Of a DNA stretch of 64,000 nt, positions 1 to 8,453 are shown in pieces (within the stretch, counting starts at the first letter, position 1; each line of letters begins with the position of its first letter). The notes under the pieces are model-generated. The model worked only from the letters and a program-made list of their open reading frames with translations. It did not search any database and had not been told where the DNA came from. Made by a program: the position numbers and the translations under genes. Source of the DNA: Candidatus Methylacidiphilales bacterium. Lineage in GTDB: Bacteria; Verrucomicrobiota; Verrucomicrobiia; Methylacidiphilales; Verrucolacustridaceae. The DNA is taken from NCBI GenBank assembly GCA_044348085.1, contig JBIKTM010000005.1, forward strand, positions 14,563-78,562, given 5' to 3'.

Positions 1-87
1 AGGTCCTGCTTTTAAAAATATCGCGACCCAGGTGGCGGAGCAGTTGCACTTAAATCGAGGGGCTGTGGTGGCACGCCGATCCTCACC

Positions 88-1548
88 ATGAAGCTGACAG
101 ACGTGATGAAAGGAGTTGAGGTGAAGGAGTGGCAGGGCGGCCAAGAGGCAGATGTGTCGAGTTTGGCGTACGAATCCCAAAAGGTACGAAAGGGTTCCAT
201 CTTTTGTACATGGAAGGGTGAAAAAAGTGATGGGCACGCATATGTACCTGATGCGCTTCAGCGCGGTGCAGTGGCCGTAGTTGCGGAGCAGAAGGCGAAA
301 GAAGCGAACGTTCCAAGAATCCGGGTCGAGAGCGGACGGAGAGCCTTGGGAAGGATGGCGGCTAATTTTTATGGAAACCCATCCAAAGAGCTGCGTGTGT
401 TGGGTTTGACGGGGACGAATGGAAAGACCTCCACGGCTTTGCTTGTGCAATCGCTGTTTCAAGGTTGTGGGTTGAGTTGTGGTTATCTTGGGACGATTGG
501 GAATGATTTAGGCAAGGGGATTCAGCCGGCGAAACAAACGACTCCAGAAGCTTTGGATCTGCAGGCGATGTTGGCTGAGATGCGGGAGAATGGGTGTCGT
601 GCGGCATCGATGGAGGTGAGTTCCCATGCATTAGAGCAGGGTCGGACAGAGGGAGTTCATTTTGCGGGCGCCATTTTCACCAATTTGGGAAGAGATCATT
701 TGGATTATCACAAAACGATGGCGGCGTATGAGAATGCAAAGGGGAAGTTATTTGAGGGACTTACGGAGGGGGCTTTCGCGGCGATTCATCAGGAGGATCC
801 TGCTGGGGTAAGAATGGGAGCGCGGTGTCGTCCGGGAGTTCGAGTGGTTACGTACGGTATCGATCGGGGCGATGTGCATACGAAGAATTTGCGAATGGGG
901 ATGGAGGGAAGTTCGTTTCTTCTTTGCACGCCCGAGGGGGAGGTGCCAGCGACCCTTCCGTGGTTGGGGCGTTTCAATGTATCCAATGCCCTGGCTGCTG
1001 CAGCCGCTGCGATGCAGGCTGGCTTTTCAGCTGAAAAGGTTGCAGCGGGTTTAGGGCGCGCACCTGCGGTCCCTGGGCGTATGGAGAAAGTAGCCCATGC
1101 GGGTGAAATTTCCGTTTTGATTGATTACGCCCATACGGAGGATGCAGTGGGGGCTGCTTTGAGTACGTTAAAACCTTTCACCCGAGGATCGTTGTGGGTG
1201 GTGTTGGGAGCGGGAGGGGATCGGGATCCGGGGAAGCGACCGGCGATGGCAGCGATGGCAGCCCGGTGGGCAGACCGGATCGTGCTGACTTCCGATAATC
1301 CAAGAAGTGAGGATCCAAAAAAGATTTTGAAAGAAATGGCGGCAGGGTTGCCCAAGGGTGCTTCTGTCCAAGTTTTGGAAAATCGCGTCGAAGCGATTCG
1401 AACGGCTGTGTTATCTGCAGCTGCAGGAGATGTGGTGTTGGTCGCGGGCAAAGGGCATGAGGAGTATCAGGAAATTCGTGGAGAGAAGTTACCTTTTTCG
1501 GATCGGCGCGAAGTGGAGCGAGCTTTGGCGGAGAGGAGTCGATCATGA
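88..1548 (+). CDS. murE: UDP-N-acetylmuramoyl-L-alanyl-D-glutamate--2,6-diaminopimelate ligase
   Basis: P-loop GLTGTNGKTST, MEVSSHAL, FTNLGRDHLDYH, DYAHT, and the meso-DAP specificity motif DNPR; dcw context. Confidence 0.97.
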   Translation: MKLTDVMKGVEVKEWQGGQEADVSSLAYESQKVRKGSIFCTWKGEKSDGHAYVPDALQRGAVAVVAEQKAKEANVPRIRVESGRRALGRMAANFYGNPSKELRVLGLTGTNGKTSTALLVQSLFQGCGLSCGYLGTIGNDLGKGIQPAKQTTPEALDLQAMLAEMRENGCRAASMEVSSHALEQGRTEGVHFAGAIFTNLGRDHLDYHKTMAAYENAKGKLFEGLTEGAFAAIHQEDPAGVRMGARCRPGVRVVTYGIDRGDVHTKNLRMGMEGSSFLLCTPEGEVPATLPWLGRFNVSNALAAAAAAMQAGFSAEKVAAGLGRAPAVPGRMEKVAHAGEISVLIDYAHTEDAVGAALSTLKPFTRGSLWVVLGAGGDRDPGKRPAMAAMAARWADRIVLTSDNPRSEDPKKILKEMAAGLPKGASVQVLENRVEAIRTAVLSAAAGDVVLVAGKGHEEYQEIRGEKLPFSDRREVERALAERSRS

Positions 1549-2924
1549 AATCCCTCTCTTTATCTACCTTGGCAGAGTTGGCGGGAGCGGAGTTGATTGC
1601 AGGAAATGGAGAAAGAGTGGCAACGGGCGTGGGGATTGATTCGAGAACGATCCAACCTGGTGAACTTTTTGTGGCGATTCGTGGGGGAAAGCAGGATGGG
1701 CATGCGCATGTACTGGAAGCGGCGGAGAAAGGTGCGATTGCGGCTCTCGTTGAAAAACCTGTGACCGTGAAAGTAGTACATGGATTTTCCATCCTTCGTG
1801 TCCCGAATACTCAGATCGCACTCCAGAAGATGGCCAAAGGGTACCGACGACTTCTCTCGGTGCGGGTTGCATCCGTCACAGGCAGTTCGGGTAAAAGCAG
1901 CACCAAGGAAATGTTGGCCGCTGTCCTTGAGACAACGGGTCGAACGCATCGGACGAAGGGAAATTTGAATAACCACTTTGGGGTCCCGCTCACCTTGCTG
2001 GGAATCGGGGCTGAGGATCGTTGGGCGGTGGTTGAGTTAGCCATGAATTCTCCTGGAGAGATTGGTGCTTTGGCTGAACTGGCGGGCCCTGAGGTGGGTG
2101 TGGTTACGAATATTGGGTGGGCGCATATCGAAGGGATGGGCTCAAAAGAGGAAACGGCGAAGGAGAAGGGCGCGTTGTATCGGGCACTTCCAGCGGATGG
2201 GCTCGCCATCAGCAATGCGGATGATCCTTTGGAAAAAATTACTTTGGAAGGGTGCCGGGCAAGAGTGGTGCGAGTCGGAAGATCGAAAGGGGCGGATTAT
2301 CGACTGGGAGAAGTCATGTGTGAGGGAAATTCAACACGATTTGTGTGTGAAGGCCCAAAAGGGAAAATGGCCGTCCGAATTTCTGTTCCAGGTGCGCATA
2401 TGGCGATGAATGCGGCCCAAGCGTGGGCGGCTGGGGTGGAGCTAGGAGCTGAGCCTAAGGCGGCGGCCACAGCATTAGAGAAGGTTCAACTGCCTCCAGG
2501 CAGGGTGAAGCTAGAAAAGTATGGGGAGGGGTGGCTTTTGGATGATAGTTACAATGCCAATCCGGACAGCTTGCTGGCTGGACTGCAAACTCTTGAGGAT
2601 CTTCCTGGGAAAGGAAGGAATGTGGCATTGCTTGGGGCGATGGCGGAGTTGGGAGCCTTTTGCCAAATGTTGCATGAAGAGTCGGGTGCTGCAGTGGCGC
2701 GACGAAAGATTGGAATCTGTCTTGTGGTTGGAGCGGATGGAAAGTTTCTTGTGGAGGGTGCCCAGCGAGTGCGACCCGGGGATTGGGTCCGTTGGTTTTC
2801 CAAGAAAGAGGAACTTCTACAAGCCTATCGGGAGTTGGCGCAACCGGGGGATCGAATTCTGGTGAAAGGAAGTCGGCGAGAAGGAATGGAGACGGTGGCG
2901 GCACAACTACGGGGAGCGAAATAG
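1545..2924 (+). CDS. murF: UDP-N-acetylmuramoyl-tripeptide--D-alanyl-D-alanine ligase
   Basis: VTGSSGKSSTKEM, NLNNHFGVPLTL, DDSYNANPDS, LVKGSR; ATGA overlap with murE. Confidence 0.96.
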   Translation: MKSLSLSTLAELAGAELIAGNGERVATGVGIDSRTIQPGELFVAIRGGKQDGHAHVLEAAEKGAIAALVEKPVTVKVVHGFSILRVPNTQIALQKMAKGYRRLLSVRVASVTGSSGKSSTKEMLAAVLETTGRTHRTKGNLNNHFGVPLTLLGIGAEDRWAVVELAMNSPGEIGALAELAGPEVGVVTNIGWAHIEGMGSKEETAKEKGALYRALPADGLAISNADDPLEKITLEGCRARVVRVGRSKGADYRLGEVMCEGNSTRFVCEGPKGKMAVRISVPGAHMAMNAAQAWAAGVELGAEPKAAATALEKVQLPPGRVKLEKYGEGWLLDDSYNANPDSLLAGLQTLEDLPGKGRNVALLGAMAELGAFCQMLHEESGAAVARRKIGICLVVGADGKFLVEGAQRVRPGDWVRWFSKKEELLQAYRELAQPGDRILVKGSRREGMETVAAQLRGAK

Positions 2925-2926
2925 TT

Positions 2927-4033
2927 ATGCTGTACTATTTAAGCCTTCTGACTGACTGGTTTGGACCTTTGAACGTCTTTCAGTATGTGACGTTTCGAAC
3001 GGTAGGTGCGGCGATGACCTCCTTTGGTTTTTGTTTGTGGATTGGGCCTGCGGTGATTGATGCGTTGCATCGGCTTAAATTGGGTCAACCCTTGAGAAAA
3101 AAGTCTGAGGTGCATCGGCTTGCGGATTTACATGAAAGTAAGCAGGGAACACCGACGATGGGTGGAGTCTTAATCTTGTTTTCCCTGACTTTAGCCTGTG
3201 TGCTTTGGGGGCGTCCCACGAGTCCGTATCTGTGGCTCGCGTTGGGAAGTACCCTTGCTTTGGGAACGCTGGGATTTTGTGATGACTACGCGAAGGTACG
3301 AAAGAAGAGTTCGGGGGGATTGGGGGGGAAGCAGAAGTTATTGGTGCAAGCACTGGTTGCGGGGGGTGTGGCGGGTGTTCTCATGTTGATGCCTCAGGCG
3401 AGAGAGGCAGCTCTGAAATTACAAATTCCCTTTGTTCGTGAGGATTTCTTTATGCTCCAGCTCCCAGTCTGGGGTGCGATTCTTTTCTTCATCTTCATTA
3501 TTGTTGGAAGTTCGAACGCAGTGAATCTAACAGATGGGTTAGATGGATTGGCCTCAGGGTGTATTTTAACCGTAGCGCTTGTTTTGGGGTTGTTTGCCTA
3601 TCTTTCCAGCCACGCAAAATTGGCTTCGTATCTATTTTTGCCTCGGCTTCCAGGTGGAGAGGAATTGGTGATTTTTTGTGCGGCTCTCTTTGGATCGTCC
3701 TTGGGATTTCTATGGTTCAACTGTCATCCCGCAAAAGTTTTTATGGGAGATACGGGTTCATTGGCATTGGGAGGTGCGGTAGGGGTTGTGGCGATTTGTA
3801 TTAATCAGGAGCTTTTGCTGGCCGTGATCGGGGGTGTTTTTGTTATGGAGGCACTTTCCGTGATTTTACAGGTCGCTTCATTCCGTCTGACCGGGAAACG
3901 AATTTTTGCCATGTCACCGATTCATCACCATTTCGAGCTCCGAGGTTGGAGTGAAACGGCAGTGGTGACACGGTTTTGGATTTTGAGTGCGGTCTTCGCT
4001 TTGGCGGGACTGGCTTCCCTGAAGTTGCGGTGA
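2927..4033 (+). CDS. mraY: Phospho-N-acetylmuramoyl-pentapeptide transferase
   Basis: GTPTMGG, GFCDDY, NAVNLTDGLDGL, FMGDTGSLALG, PIHHHFE. Start set at ATG 2927 (MLYYLS) rather than the ORF-track start 2783. Confidence 0.97.
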   Translation: MLYYLSLLTDWFGPLNVFQYVTFRTVGAAMTSFGFCLWIGPAVIDALHRLKLGQPLRKKSEVHRLADLHESKQGTPTMGGVLILFSLTLACVLWGRPTSPYLWLALGSTLALGTLGFCDDYAKVRKKSSGGLGGKQKLLVQALVAGGVAGVLMLMPQAREAALKLQIPFVREDFFMLQLPVWGAILFFIFIIVGSSNAVNLTDGLDGLASGCILTVALVLGLFAYLSSHAKLASYLFLPRLPGGEELVIFCAALFGSSLGFLWFNCHPAKVFMGDTGSLALGGAVGVVAICINQELLLAVIGGVFVMEALSVILQVASFRLTGKRIFAMSPIHHHFELRGWSETAVVTRFWILSAVFALAGLASLKLR

Positions 4034-4041
4034 AAGGAGCT

Positions 4042-5382
4042 ATGGAATCATGGATTGGAAAAAAGGTGATCGTATTGGGAATCGGTCGCAGCGGTCAGGC
4101 TGCGGCGGGGTGGCTACTGTCTCAACGTGCGGAGGTAACGATGTTTGACGAGAGCAAAACCTTGGTGGCAAAAGCCTCTGCGCAAGATTGGAAGAGTCGT
4201 GGAGTGAGCATGGTTTTAGGTTCAGAAAAACTTCCTCATACCCGTTTTGATTGCGCGATTCTAAGTCCTGGGATCGATCCGAAGCGTCCCGTCGTCGTTC
4301 AGCTTCTTTCCGACCGAGTCCCGATGATTGGGGAATTTGAACTGGGTTCACGTGCTTGCCTCTGCCCGATTATTGCCGTTACGGGTACGAACGGGAAAAG
4401 CACAACGACAGAGCTGATTGCGGCTGTTTTTCAAGCGGCTGGTAAAAAAGCAGTTGCCTGTGGGAACTTGGGCCAACCCCTGAGCGAGGTGGCTCCCATC
4501 AGCGGCGGGTTGGACGTTGTGGTTGCTGAGGTTAGTTCCTTTCAGCTTGAGAGGATTGAGACTTTTCGTCCGCGCATTGCTGTTTATCTGAACCTAACTC
4601 CAGATCATCTCGATCGATACAAGGACATGGAGGAGTACGGGGGTGCAAAGAATCGAATCTTTGAAAATCAGACAAGTGAGGATTGTGCGGTTGTTCAAAA
4701 AGGGCTTCTCCTTCCTGCTCGGAAATCGCGAACGATGACCTTCTCCGCTGTGGATTCGTCTGCCGATTACACCCTGCGTGAGGGTTGGTTGTGTGCAGGT
4801 GAGGACCGAGTGATTCGCCAAGAAGAGACCCAGTTGCACGGACCCCATAATGCAGAAAATCTTTTGGCAGCCCTTGCCGTGGCGGACGTGGAGAAAATCT
4901 CAAGGGATATCGTTCAAAAGGCATTGATTGCGTACCGGCCGCTTCCACACCGATGCGAGGTGATTCGGGTCAGGGACGGAGTGACCTGGGTGAATGATTC
5001 CAAGGCTACCAATCTGGATGCGATGGAGCGTGCTGTGATGGGAGCCAAGGGATCGGTCATCCTGATTGCAGGCGGGAAAGACAAGGGTTTCGATTTTGCC
5101 CAAAGCCGTGTGTGTCTGGCGGGGAAAGTGCGAGGGGCTTTTCTGATTGGGGAAATGGCTGGGAAAATCGAAAAAGCTTGGGCGGGGGCGGTTCCGTGCC
5201 GAAAAGTGGGAGATTTAAAGGAGGCTGTGCAGCGGGCAGCCGAAATGGCGGTGAAAGGGGAAACGGTTTTGTTAAGCCCAGGGTGCTCCAGTTACGACAT
5301 GTATAAGAACTTCGAGGAAAGAGGGGAGAACTATAGGCAGTGCGTAAATGCGCTGCCGGAGGAGAAACAAAGAAATGAGTGA
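4042..5382 (+). CDS. murD: UDP-N-acetylmuramoyl-L-alanine--D-glutamate ligase
   Basis: VTGTNGKSTTT, EVSSFQL, PDHLDRY, NDSKATN, LLSPGCSSYDMY; AAGGAG RBS before ATG 4042. Confidence 0.97.
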   Translation: MESWIGKKVIVLGIGRSGQAAAGWLLSQRAEVTMFDESKTLVAKASAQDWKSRGVSMVLGSEKLPHTRFDCAILSPGIDPKRPVVVQLLSDRVPMIGEFELGSRACLCPIIAVTGTNGKSTTTELIAAVFQAAGKKAVACGNLGQPLSEVAPISGGLDVVVAEVSSFQLERIETFRPRIAVYLNLTPDHLDRYKDMEEYGGAKNRIFENQTSEDCAVVQKGLLLPARKSRTMTFSAVDSSADYTLREGWLCAGEDRVIRQEETQLHGPHNAENLLAALAVADVEKISRDIVQKALIAYRPLPHRCEVIRVRDGVTWVNDSKATNLDAMERAVMGAKGSVILIAGGKDKGFDFAQSRVCLAGKVRGAFLIGEMAGKIEKAWAGAVPCRKVGDLKEAVQRAAEMAVKGETVLLSPGCSSYDMYKNFEERGENYRQCVNALPEEKQRNE

Positions 5383-6229
5383 TGAACTGCTGGAATACTC
5401 AGCCCAACGAAACCAAATATCCGCAAATAGCGGCGAAGCAGGCGAACGCCCGGCAAAGAGTGGAGGACTAAACCGTCTTTCCACAATCTTTCTCGTGGTG
5501 TTGGGTCTGCACGTCGTCGTGATTGTGGGGATCAGCGCGTACCACCTGCTTCGGGGGAATCCTGAAACGGGAATGAGTACGGTGAGTGAGGTCGCACCAA
5601 GCCCCACACCCGAAACGGCTGCTACCCCTGAAGCTCCTGCACAACCTGCGGCGGAAGTGACGAGCAGCATGCCTAGCCCTGACGATAAGGTTTGGCAAAC
5701 TGCTGCTCCTGTAGCGACGGAAGCACCAGCTCCCGCTCCTGCAGTTCCTATGGTGGAAAGAAGCCACGTGGTGGTGAAGGGAGATACCTTAGCAAAAATC
5801 GCAAAGGCAAACGGAGTCACGAGTTCGGCTCTTGCGCAAGCCAACGGAATCAAAGGCTCGATGGTCAAGCTAGGTCAGAAGCTAATGATTCCTGAAAGCG
5901 CAGGTGCAGGGACCGTGAAGACTGTGGAGCCCAAAGCAACGACTCCAGCTAAGGCGGTTGTGGCAGCGGCAGCGAAGCAGGAATCAAGTCCTGCTGGCAC
6001 CTACACAGTCGGCGCTGGGGATACCCTTGCGAAAATCGCAAAAAAGTTCGGAACGAAGGCTGATACCCTCGCGAAGCTGAACTCCATCACCGATCCTAAA
6101 AAACTGAAGATCGGAATGAAGCTTCAGGTTCCTGGGGAAGCTTCGGCCAAGGCGGAGGTTCCATCATCGAACCAATCTGCTGCCGGCCCGACCGACATGG
6201 CGATGTTGCCGAAAGCATCGACGAACTAA
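5375..6229 (+). CDS. Membrane-anchored LysM peptidoglycan-binding protein with two LysM domains
   Basis: One TM helix, Ala/Pro-rich linker, two LysM repeats (HVVVKGDTLAKIAKANGV, YTVGAGDTLAKIAKKFGT). Confidence 0.9.
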   Translation: MSDELLEYSAQRNQISANSGEAGERPAKSGGLNRLSTIFLVVLGLHVVVIVGISAYHLLRGNPETGMSTVSEVAPSPTPETAATPEAPAQPAAEVTSSMPSPDDKVWQTAAPVATEAPAPAPAVPMVERSHVVVKGDTLAKIAKANGVTSSALAQANGIKGSMVKLGQKLMIPESAGAGTVKTVEPKATTPAKAVVAAAAKQESSPAGTYTVGAGDTLAKIAKKFGTKADTLAKLNSITDPKKLKIGMKLQVPGEASAKAEVPSSNQSAAGPTDMAMLPKASTN

Positions 6230-6231
6230 CC

Positions 6232-7362
6232 ATGGGACGAAACTCCGCGCATATCCTTGTTGCCTGCGTAGCGGCACTGGTCGGCCTTGGGTTGACCATG
6301 CTAGCGAGCGTAGGTGCGTTTTCCCCTGATAACCGGGGCCAAACCCTTTTTTTCCTCCAAAGGCAAGGGCTCTGGCTAGTGGTGGGAACGGGGATATGCG
6401 TGGGGTTGAGTCGTTGCGACGCAAAATCGATCCTGAAATACGCTGGATGGATTTTCGGTATTGCGACTGTGATGGTTGCGATGTCGATTATCCCAGGAAT
6501 TGGAAAATCGGTGAAAGGATCGGCCCGGTGGATTCCTCTGGGTCCATTCGCAGTTCAACCCAGCGAAATTCTGAAATTAGCAACTGTTGTGTTGGCGGCG
6601 GGGTGGGTCAAGTGGAAGGGGCCAAAAATGAAAAACGCATGGGATGGTTTAATTTTGCCATTCTTGATTCTAGCCCTGCCTGTTTTGCTTTTAGTCAAAC
6701 AACCGGACTTGGGATCTGCTGCTTTTGTTATGGCTGCGGCAGCGATCGTGCTTTTCGTAGGGGGCGCGCCGATATTTCCGCTCGTCATCATGGGAATTCT
6801 GGCATTGGTCGGTGTGGGTTTCGTGGCGGTCAGCATGCCTGAGCGTATGGATCGTCTCGTTGCATTCATGAACCCTGAAGCGCACCGGCAGGGGGGCGGC
6901 TATCAGGTAACCCAAGCACTGATTGCGTTGGGATCGGGCGGGGTGAGGGGGGTGGGATTAGGGCAAAGCATTCAGAAGATGTTTTATCTCCCTGAAGCGC
7001 ACACCGATTTTATTTTTCCGATTGTGGGCGAGGAATTGGGGTTATTTGCCACATTGGGAGTTGTGATCGTGTTTTTAATTCTCACTCTTTGTGGAGGATT
7101 CATTGCGGGGCATGCGAACGATCTGCCCGCAATGGCGTTGGGAATGGGGGCGACAGCTTTAGTGGGGATGCAAGCGGTCGCGAATCTTGCAGTCGTCACT
7201 GGATTACTCCCTCCCAAGGGGGTTGGGCTTCCTTTTATTAGTTATGGGGGCTCCAATTTGGTTCTGTGTTTGGGTGCGGTAGGGATTCTGTTGTCTTTGC
7301 ATCGCGAGGCAAAATATCCGGTCGAGGCTCGTAGCCGTCGTCTGGTGGGTGCAGCGAAGTGA
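6232..7362 (+). CDS. ftsW: SEDS-family peptidoglycan polymerase FtsW
   Basis: Multi-pass membrane protein with VQPSEILK, QPDLG, LPEAHTDFIF, PFISYGGS; between murD and murG. Confidence 0.93.
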   Translation: MGRNSAHILVACVAALVGLGLTMLASVGAFSPDNRGQTLFFLQRQGLWLVVGTGICVGLSRCDAKSILKYAGWIFGIATVMVAMSIIPGIGKSVKGSARWIPLGPFAVQPSEILKLATVVLAAGWVKWKGPKMKNAWDGLILPFLILALPVLLLVKQPDLGSAAFVMAAAAIVLFVGGAPIFPLVIMGILALVGVGFVAVSMPERMDRLVAFMNPEAHRQGGGYQVTQALIALGSGGVRGVGLGQSIQKMFYLPEAHTDFIFPIVGEELGLFATLGVVIVFLILTLCGGFIAGHANDLPAMALGMGATALVGMQAVANLAVVTGLLPPKGVGLPFISYGGSNLVLCLGAVGILLSLHREAKYPVEARSRRLVGAAK

Positions 7363-8453
7363 TGGTTATGGGGGAACTCGCAATCGCTTGTGGAGGCACG
7401 GGAGGACATCTGTTTCCCGGGTTGGCTGTGGCTGAAGCCGTACGAAGAAGGGGTCACGACGTAAGTTTCTTCATTTCATCAAAAGCGGTGGATCGGCGGG
7501 CTCTGAAGGGAGCAGGAGAGGAAAAGTTTGGAATTGAGATTCCAGCTGTGGGATGGAGTGGGGTGCTAGGAGCGGGAAACTTTGCGATTCACTTTGTGTC
7601 TGCCGTACGAAAAGCGGGAGATGAGTTGCGGAAGAGAAATGTAAAGGCCTTGTTGGGTATGGGTGGTTTTATTTCGGGAGCGACAACAGTGGCTTCTCGG
7701 TTAGCAAACATTCCGTACTTTCTTCACGAATCGAATGCGATTCCGGGAAGGGCAACACGCCTTCTTGCAAAAGGGGCCAAGCAGGTTTTTGTGGGATTTG
7801 CAGAGTGCGAATCGGGATTAGGCGGTGTGAAAGCCACAGTGAGCGGAACACCTGTGCGGGGTCGGTTAGGAAAAATGGAGAAAGAGGCGGCCCTTAAAAA
7901 ACTAGGCCTTCACCCCCATCGTCGCTTGGTGGCTGTCCTTGGAGGAAGTCAGGGTGCGCGTGGATTGAATGAAGCAATGGTGAATGGGCTGGGAGCATTG
8001 AAAAGCGAGGCGCAGCATTTGCAGATTTTACATTTAGCGGGTGAAGCACATGTGGAAAAGGTGCGGCGAGCTTATGAGGGAACTGGATTTCATGCGGTGG
8101 TGATGGGTTTTTGTGACGAGATGGAGGCAGTGTATGCAGCGGCAGAACTGGTGGTCGCCCGATCGGGAGCGGGAACACTTGCTGAATTAGCGGCTTGTGA
8201 GGTGCCTGCCATTCTCGTGCCTTTTCCTGCGGCAGCGGGAGATCATCAAATGGCCAATGCCCGAGCTTATTCTCAAGAGGGAGCGGGGGAAGTGGTGGCG
8301 GAGAAATATCTTATTGGAACGGAGTTGGGACAGCGCATCGCCAGGCTTCTAGCAGATCCAAGTCGATGCGAACGAATGAAGCATTGGGCAAAAGGACAAC
8401 AAAAACCGCAAGCGGCGGAAAAGATCGCGGAGGTGATTTCCCGTGAGCTTTAA
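7359..8453 (+). CDS. murG: Lipid II GlcNAc transferase
   Basis: GGTGGHLFPG, HESNAIPG, GGSQGA, RSGAGT; exact start among 7359/7362/7368 uncertain. Confidence 0.96.
   Translation: MMVMGELAIACGGTGGHLFPGLAVAEAVRRRGHDVSFFISSKAVDRRALKGAGEEKFGIEIPAVGWSGVLGAGNFAIHFVSAVRKAGDELRKRNVKALLGMGGFISGATTVASRLANIPYFLHESNAIPGRATRLLAKGAKQVFVGFAECESGLGGVKATVSGTPVRGRLGKMEKEAALKKLGLHPHRRLVAVLGGSQGARGLNEAMVNGLGALKSEAQHLQILHLAGEAHVEKVRRAYEGTGFHAVVMGFCDEMEAVYAAAELVVARSGAGTLAELAACEVPAILVPFPAAAGDHQMANARAYSQEGAGEVVAEKYLIGTELGQRIARLLADPSRCERMKHWAKGQQKPQAAEKIAEVISREL

Noticed and set aside
2783-2926. Upstream extension of mraY
   Set aside because: It overlaps the murF 3' end; MraY homology begins at MLYYL (2927).
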